Source of the DNA: an uncultured Planctomycetota bacterium | GTDB taxonomy: Bacteria; Planctomycetota; Planctomycetia; Isosphaerales; Isosphaeraceae | DNA: 64,000 bases | Direction of reading: 5' to 3' | Assembly (NCBI GenBank): GCA_963823665.1 | Contig: CAWGMQ010000006.1 | Coordinates: 512,001 to 576,000 of the forward strand | Shown: positions 58,285 through 64,000 of the stretch, one piece after another | How positions within the stretch are numbered: position 1 is the first letter of the stretch | Layout of the letters: each line of letters begins with the position of its first letter | Translations under genes and position numbers: made by a program | Notes under the pieces: model-generated | What the model saw: the letters and a program-made list of their open reading frames with translations, nothing else | What the model was told of the DNA's origin: nothing | Databases searched by the model: none

Positions 58285-59473
58285 TGCGCAGGTCGTACAT
58301 CCGCTTCCAGAGTGCATCCTTTTCGCCGCGGCGCCGGATCGGGCCGTCCCAGTAAGCGAGCACGCGATCCCGGTCTTCTTGATTGTCCTTGAGCACCACG
58401 CCCAGGAGATAGCCGGGCAGCAAAGACACCGGGTCTTTTTGTGCGGCAAAGAATGCTCCTTGACGCGTGATCGCCGCGGCGACCGTGATCGCCTCTGCCG
58501 TGCTCATCACGGCTGCCGGCCGCTCGACGTTCCAACCTTCGTCGGTGCGACCCTCCCGCAAGTCGCGAAAGGTTGTCACGAGAATGTCGAGCAGCCGGGA
58601 ATCGACTTCGGCATCGGTGCCCGATTCGCTCAGCACGGCGTGTGCGCGGGCACGCACCAGCTCGATCTCTTGCTTCGCGTCGCCGATCGGCGGAACCGTC
58701 TCGAAATTCAACCGGCGCTTGAGGGCCGCGGACATTTCTGAAACGCCCCGGTCGCGCAGGTTTGCAGTCGCGATCATGTTGAAGCCTGGAAGCGCGAAAA
58801 CACTGCCGTGCTCGCCCTCGAGCTCGGGAATCATCATGCGGCGTTCGCTCAAGACGCTAATCAGGGCGTCTTGCACTTCGGGCAAGCATCGCGTGATTTC
58901 TTCGACGCGCACCAGCTTGCCGGTGCGCATGCCGGTGAGAACCGGCGAGGGCACGAGCGCCTCGGGCCGCGGCCCGCCGTCGAGCAGCATCGCGTAATTC
59001 CAGCCGTAGCGAAGATGGTCTTCGTTCGCACCAGCCGTGCCCTGAATCGTCAAGGCGCTTGTGCCGCTGATGGCCGCGGCGAGGAGCTCGCCCAGCATGC
59101 TCTTGGCCGTGCCCGGCTGTCCGACGAGCAACAAGCCGCGCTCTCCGGCCAGAGTGACCACGCACCGTTCCACGAGCGCGCGTGAGCCGACGAACTTGGG
59201 CTCGATGACCAGGGACCTGGGCGCATCAACCGGCAGGTCGGCTGAAGCGGCGGCCCGAATCGCGGCGGCGTGGGTGCCACACAAAAAATCGACCACCCGC
59301 TCGGGGGAAAGAAGCCACCCCGGCGGCCGCGGCGACGAATCGACCGCGCGCAGGAACGCAAGCTGGTCCGCGTAGCGTTCCTCCGCGGGCGGCTGCTGTA
59401 CCGACCGTGTCGGCGCCCTTCGCGCGAGGAGCGGATCGGAAGCGGCGGGGTCGGGAGACTTTTTCCTGGCCAT
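58259..59473 (-). CDS. MoxR-like AAA+ ATPase (YehL type, AAA_5)
   Basis: Walker A GQPGTAKS, IQGTAG..LRYGWNYA, Walker B VRVEEITR, IATANLRDRGVSEMSAALKRR. Confidence 0.92.
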   Translation of the reverse strand: MARKKSPDPAASDPLLARRAPTRSVQQPPAEERYADQLAFLRAVDSSPRPPGWLLSPERVVDFLCGTHAAAIRAAASADLPVDAPRSLVIEPKFVGSRALVERCVVTLAGERGLLLVGQPGTAKSMLGELLAAAISGTSALTIQGTAGANEDHLRYGWNYAMLLDGGPRPEALVPSPVLTGMRTGKLVRVEEITRCLPEVQDALISVLSERRMMIPELEGEHGSVFALPGFNMIATANLRDRGVSEMSAALKRRLNFETVPPIGDAKQEIELVRARAHAVLSESGTDAEVDSRLLDILVTTFRDLREGRTDEGWNVERPAAVMSTAEAITVAAAITRQGAFFAAQKDPVSLLPGYLLGVVLKDNQEDRDRVLAYWDGPIRRRGEKDALWKRMYDLRNVLEELNQ

Positions 59474-59475
59474 GC

Positions 59476-61356
59476 TTATTTCGTCTTTTTCCGTCGTTTG
59501 ACTTCTTCATAGCGAGGCCCGTCGCCGTCTGTCACGCGCTGCCACGCCCCGGCAAAAACTTCTTCGAAGGGCCTCAGCACCATCGGACCGCCGGCAGGGC
59601 AAAGTACACCCGGATTCAGCTCGAATTCGACAAGCTGAGCGAGCTTCCAGCTTTCGATGGGCAACCAGGGCGCCTTGAGCACGGTCCATTCACCGGGAAG
59701 AAAGATCGCGCGACCCGCGCGCTCGCGCACTGCCTCAAGGACCAGCTTGCGGTCGATGAGCGCAGCCGACGCGTTCTTCAATTGTGCGGCTGTCCAGCCG
59801 TTCCAGTTGCGGAGGTTGGCCGCCGTGGGATCGGGCAGGGCGAGCACTTGAGCATATAGCACGGCTGCATCCTCGCCCAGCTTATATTTGGCGCGAATCG
59901 CTTTCACGACAGCCGCAGCCGTATGATTGGGGTTCTGGGGCCACTGTCCCTCCGGTACGTTTTTCGCCAGGATTGCCTTCGTCAGTTTCTGGAACCCGGG
60001 GCTCTTGATTGCGGCAACCAACGATGTGAAGCCGTCGGGAGAGATGTAGTCATACATGGCATCAGTGCCGAGAATACCTAGAAGGCGAGCCATGTCTCCC
60101 TGGTCCTTGAGCTTTGCCGGTCGATATGCAATCAGACCTTGAGACTGGCTGTCGAGCGCTGCTGCCGTGATAAAGCCGTCGTCAAAACGGGCTGTACCGT
60201 CCTTCGCGTTTGCCTTGGTCTTGCCGACATGCGTGCTGAGCCATTCCGACGGCTTGAGCGGTTCTTTTCGCCCATCGCCGTAAAGATGAACGGAGCGCAG
60301 CTCGAGCAATGTGACCGGCGAGTTGAGCGCCATCGTCGTGTGCTTGATCAATGCCGGCATCTGGGCTCGGCACGGATGCCCCGCGGCGGCTTCCGCGTGC
60401 ACGACCGCCACCAGTTGCACGATGGACCGAAGGGCTGCACCGAGATCCGCCTCGTCGCTCTTGTTTTTGCCGGCGAGCTCCAGGCCTCCGTAGGTCTTCT
60501 TCGAGTCGACCTTGAATTCCAGCTCGCGAGGCTGGAGGAGCGGATGATTGGCCGGGTCTGCAGCCGCAGCAAGAACGGTCTCATGATTTAGCCGCTGCCA
60601 GTTCGACGTCTTGCCCAGCACCGAGAGACGTGTTTGCAGTGCTGCCTCGATCTGCAAACGTTTGGGCATCTTTGCTTGCCAGGCCTTTTCGATCAGGCGC
60701 AATACGGGTGTGCGATCGGCGGCGAAGGGGGCGGCGCATCCTTGCGAGATCACCGCTCCATAAAGCTGGGTCCGAACCGCCGGATTCAGATTGCGCACCG
60801 CCTGCCTGCCGGCGCTCGCGTCAGTGGTCCTCAGGCCAAGGGCCGCGCGCAGATCGGCCGGCAAGAAATTGTGCTCGTAGCTGTCGACGTTCAGGCCTGC
60901 CAGCCAGATCAGCGCGATCTCCGCCGGCGAGGCGGAGAGCCTCGCGGCGGTTTCCTCCAATTCTGCCGGGGAAGGCAACGGCGGTTGGGTACAGGATTCG
61001 GCCGCAGCAGCGAACGCCTCCATCTGTGCACGATCGTACTGTGTCTTGATCCTGCGAACGTTCTTGACCGTGTAGCCAGGCGGAGCGCCGGGGGTTTTGG
61101 CTGTCGAATAGCGCAGGAATTGGTAGGGAAGCCGGTCGGCAAAATGAATTCCGATGAATAAGTCTTGGCCTTTTGTGATGGAAAATGATTGTCCGGCGGT
61201 GCCTTCCACATTGTAGCCACCCCAAGCGTTCTTCTTGGCGCCCTCGGGATTCCCGTCCATGATGTCGAACGATCCCGGGCGATCACCGATACCGAGATCG
61301 AGCCAGAGCTTGAGGAACTCGAGCCACGGCACCTCACTCTTGTCCTTCCTGTCCAT
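59476..61356 (-). CDS. Large uncharacterised protein, C-terminal part
   Basis: 626-aa ORF ending 2 nt before the AAA start, with C-terminal LYAQVLALPDPT..WNGW..RAGRAIFLPGEW..PIESWK. Likely continues the upstream ORF across a 5-A run at 61356-61360. Confidence 0.75.
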   Translation of the reverse strand: MDRKDKSEVPWLEFLKLWLDLGIGDRPGSFDIMDGNPEGAKKNAWGGYNVEGTAGQSFSITKGQDLFIGIHFADRLPYQFLRYSTAKTPGAPPGYTVKNVRRIKTQYDRAQMEAFAAAAESCTQPPLPSPAELEETAARLSASPAEIALIWLAGLNVDSYEHNFLPADLRAALGLRTTDASAGRQAVRNLNPAVRTQLYGAVISQGCAAPFAADRTPVLRLIEKAWQAKMPKRLQIEAALQTRLSVLGKTSNWQRLNHETVLAAAADPANHPLLQPRELEFKVDSKKTYGGLELAGKNKSDEADLGAALRSIVQLVAVVHAEAAAGHPCRAQMPALIKHTTMALNSPVTLLELRSVHLYGDGRKEPLKPSEWLSTHVGKTKANAKDGTARFDDGFITAAALDSQSQGLIAYRPAKLKDQGDMARLLGILGTDAMYDYISPDGFTSLVAAIKSPGFQKLTKAILAKNVPEGQWPQNPNHTAAAVVKAIRAKYKLGEDAAVLYAQVLALPDPTAANLRNWNGWTAAQLKNASAALIDRKLVLEAVRERAGRAIFLPGEWTVLKAPWLPIESWKLAQLVEFELNPGVLCPAGGPMVLRPFEEVFAGAWQRVTDGDGPRYEEVKRRKKTK

Positions 61357-64000
61357 TTTTATGGCCAGCGCGCCAGTACGCTTGCCAGGACCGCAGGGGC
61401 AGATCTTCGAGCATCGAGAACCACAGGTGGTTTATCTGCGGGAGACCACCCGCCTTGGAAGTTCCATTGAGAAACTCGGCGACTGCGGCGAGATGTTTGC
61501 TGAGGGAGGCCGCTGCGTCAATTCGAAGCACCGGGAATCCCCAGTGGGCCGCTGCGATGTCGCTCTGGCGATAGACAACCGACGTTGCACTTGTGGTTTC
61601 CTCGAATTTATCAGCGCTTGCCTTGTCGCGCAGGGCGATCAAGTCGGCACCCTCTTGTGCGGCCTGCTCGATCACATGCGCGACTCCGAGTGCCATGCGC
61701 TTTGGGGCCTCAGGCAGGAGCTTCTTGAGGGCCGAGAGAAGGTTCTTTCGCGCAACCGCTCCCAGTCCGCTACCGTGCGGCACGACTTGTGCGAGCGAAC
61801 GATCCTCCCCCACCGCCTTGAGCAACGTGGCGCACTGAGCGTGAGTAATGCCTCGCAGCTTCAGTGACGATGCTCGATCGCGCTGCCGGAGAAAATGCCA
61901 GAACTGGAGTGGCAAGACAGTCCGCTGCTCATCGGTGTCGTCGCTATCGAAATCGTGAGTTATGGCAACAATCGTCGAACCAGTTGGATCCCAGATCGAG
62001 TAATTCCCCGTACCAGAACCGGTTGCGGTCACCGGCAGGAATTCGTTCGTACCCGGCTGACGGAGCAGCGCCACCGGCATTGCGAAGGTACCGTCGGCAT
62101 CCATCAGAGGCTTGTCCCAGCGGCGGCCGTCGATCCCCTGGCCGAAGTAGCTGCCATCAGGGCGCTTGATCGTCTTCCATCCGATCATGCCGTCGCGCGT
62201 GCCGAGCGGCGAATCCGTGGCACCCGGAGGTGCCGGCCTCAAATCCGAAGCACTCCACTCAATCGTGCCGCCATCCGTTTCCTCAAACCAGGGCGGCACG
62301 CTCTCGCGACCGAGTTTTCCAGTGCGTGGGTCCACCTCGGTGATCTTCCAACGTTGCTCACCGGATTGCGGGTCGTACTCAGGGCTCACGCGCCAGAATC
62401 GCTGCCCGTCATGAAGGTAGGCGTGCGACGCGGGCATCTGCTTGTCGCCCGGTCGAACGGCCTTATCGCCCAGAAAAACACTTCCATCGTCCAGTAGAGT
62501 CGCCGTTCGTTCCGAGGCGCTTCGGAAGAACCAGTAGCTGGTGGCGTCGTGGTGCTGGGCGGGATCGCTGACCCAGTAGAAGCGTCCCTGGTACTTTTCG
62601 TCGCGATAATTGACCGCGAGATCGTCGCCGACGGCGACGATTGTGACGATCTCGCTCTTCTTGGGCAAACGCAGCTCGTGTTTCTGGATTTTGCCGTCGC
62701 CGCCGATGACCACCGCGTGAATCTTGTCGCAAACGACGATGCTGGGAAACGTGAGGTGGACGTTCGTGTCTCGGAGCTGATGTTGTTGGATCTTGATCTT
62801 GCTGCGATCGATCGCCTCCTCAAGAGCAGGCAGACCAAATTCTTCGAAGACACCGGCCTGGAGCGTTCGTCGCAGCATGTTGGCAGAATCGACGCGCATG
62901 AGCCGTTCCGCGAGATCCGGAAACAGTCGCATTGCATCGGGCCAGAGAGTCGAAGCGAGCCGACTCTGAGCCAGCTCAAAGCTGGCCAGTCCGCTCTCTT
63001 CCAGAATGTCAATGAGGCTCGATGTGTGTAGCCGCCACAACTGATTGATTCCGGGGCGATCGCCGGCAGCCAGGGGGAACGCCCGCTGTTCGAGCGCGGT
63101 CTGCTGATAGCCTCGTGTCTCCGCGCCGCCGCGACATGCGAGCGCCTGCTCGAGCCCACGGATGATCGCTGAGCTGAAGCGACCGTCCTTGGCCGACAGC
63201 ACGATATCCTGATTGCGGAGGGGATGGTCAACCGTCGCGGACAACCAGCCCGAGAAAGTCACCGCAAATGCCGGCGGCGGATCGCCGACTTTGATTCCCG
63301 ACACCAGGCACGCCTCGAGCACGTCAACGTCGACGTCCGTGCTGCGGTACCGCCCGCCAATCGAAAGCGAGAGGGGTTCGTTCTCTTTCTTCAGGCGCGG
63401 CGTCAGTTTCTCGAGCATCTGCAATGTGCGCTCTGGTGCCGGGATCGCATCATGTACGATGCGGCCGAACCAGGTGGCGATGGGCTCTCCGAGGGGCGGC
63501 GTTCCGTTGTGCTCATCCTTCCACAGGTATTCGAGGACTCCCCACTCTTCAAGTAACTCGAACCAAGGGCCAAGCTTGCTATCGCCGTAGTATCTCGGCT
63601 CTGGCTTGGTGTGCCTGAGGATTGCGATTGCGAACGCCGGATTGCGAGCCACGATCCGTTTGCAGTGGCTGCTGCACGTCTTCCAGAATTGGAGTGGCGG
63701 ACGACCCATCGCGGGAGATTCGATGACCTCTTCGAGCCACTTCTCGAGTTCCTTGTCGGCATCGAGCCGGGCGGCCTTGGCGAGCTTCATGAAATCCTTG
63801 GGCAGCGTGGCCCAGGGAGGCATTCCGCCGTTCGTGCGCCGCAGGCACAGGTCGCGGAAAATGTCGAACGCCTCTTTGGGCGGGTAGTGACCTTGCAAGT
63901 CGCCGCCATAATCCGAAAGTGCGTTGCTTGTGAGGCAGCCCGAGAGCACGAACTCCAGTATGACGTCTCGCCGGCGTGCGCGATCCGACTCGAGGGCGTG
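61334..64000 (-). CDS. Large uncharacterised protein, upstream part (truncated by the window edge)
   Basis: The frame stays open to position 64000 (HALESDRARRRDVILEFV..); contains LRRTLQAGVFEEFGLPALEEA and DPRTGKLGRESVPPWF. Confidence 0.75.
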   Translation of the reverse strand, partial: HALESDRARRRDVILEFVLSGCLTSNALSDYGGDLQGHYPPKEAFDIFRDLCLRRTNGGMPPWATLPKDFMKLAKAARLDADKELEKWLEEVIESPAMGRPPLQFWKTCSSHCKRIVARNPAFAIAILRHTKPEPRYYGDSKLGPWFELLEEWGVLEYLWKDEHNGTPPLGEPIATWFGRIVHDAIPAPERTLQMLEKLTPRLKKENEPLSLSIGGRYRSTDVDVDVLEACLVSGIKVGDPPPAFAVTFSGWLSATVDHPLRNQDIVLSAKDGRFSSAIIRGLEQALACRGGAETRGYQQTALEQRAFPLAAGDRPGINQLWRLHTSSLIDILEESGLASFELAQSRLASTLWPDAMRLFPDLAERLMRVDSANMLRRTLQAGVFEEFGLPALEEAIDRSKIKIQQHQLRDTNVHLTFPSIVVCDKIHAVVIGGDGKIQKHELRLPKKSEIVTIVAVGDDLAVNYRDEKYQGRFYWVSDPAQHHDATSYWFFRSASERTATLLDDGSVFLGDKAVRPGDKQMPASHAYLHDGQRFWRVSPEYDPQSGEQRWKITEVDPRTGKLGRESVPPWFEETDGGTIEWSASDLRPAPPGATDSPLGTRDGMIGWKTIKRPDGSYFGQGIDGRRWDKPLMDADGTFAMPVALLRQPGTNEFLPVTATGSGTGNYSIWDPTGSTIVAITHDFDSDDTDEQRTVLPLQFWHFLRQRDRASSLKLRGITHAQCATLLKAVGEDRSLAQVVPHGSGLGAVARKNLLSALKKLLPEAPKRMALGVAHVIEQAAQEGADLIALRDKASADKFEETTSATSVVYRQSDIAAAHWGFPVLRIDAAASLSKHLAAVAEFLNGTSKAGGLPQINHLWFSMLEDLPLRSWQAYWRAGHKNGQEGQE

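Noticed and set aside
59476..64000. Naming the large protein yehI/molR/DUF4132 or a DNA-binding protein
   Set aside because: Only its position in the operon supports this. No WGR, HTH or DUF4132 motif could be recognised in the visible part.

Overview
GC-rich bacterial DNA that looks planctomycete (inferred from the Uma2 gene, the LExRxxL export motifs and the ECF-sigma/Ser-Thr-kinase pair). It has five blocks. (1) Uma2 nuclease, a small hypothetical and a secreted serine hydrolase. (2) A signalling island with three Hanks-type Ser/Thr kinases and an ECF sigma factor. (3) A 27.5-kb giant extracellular-protein gene (about 9,170 aa once two 1-bp indels are repaired) with beta-helix repeats, LamG, PKD, an RTX array, a metzincin motif, 8 Ig-like repeats and a C-terminal S53 protease, followed by a second beta-helix protein. 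(4) A 73-bp REP-like tandem array and a five-step histidine utilisation cluster (hutF / hutIHGU) with no hutC. (5) A yehLMPQ-like operon (large unknown protein, MoxR AAA+, DUF5682, vWA, SWIM) running off the right edge. The main observation is an identical bipartite motif, TGTCCCG-N13-GCGCAGT, upstream of both the ECF gene and the giant gene, with a variant upstream of the divergent kinase. This suggests a kinase > ECF > giant dual-protease adhesin circuit. At least 8 small frameshifts, mostly in short homopolymers, look like assembly errors. All family calls come from motif recognition, not database searches.
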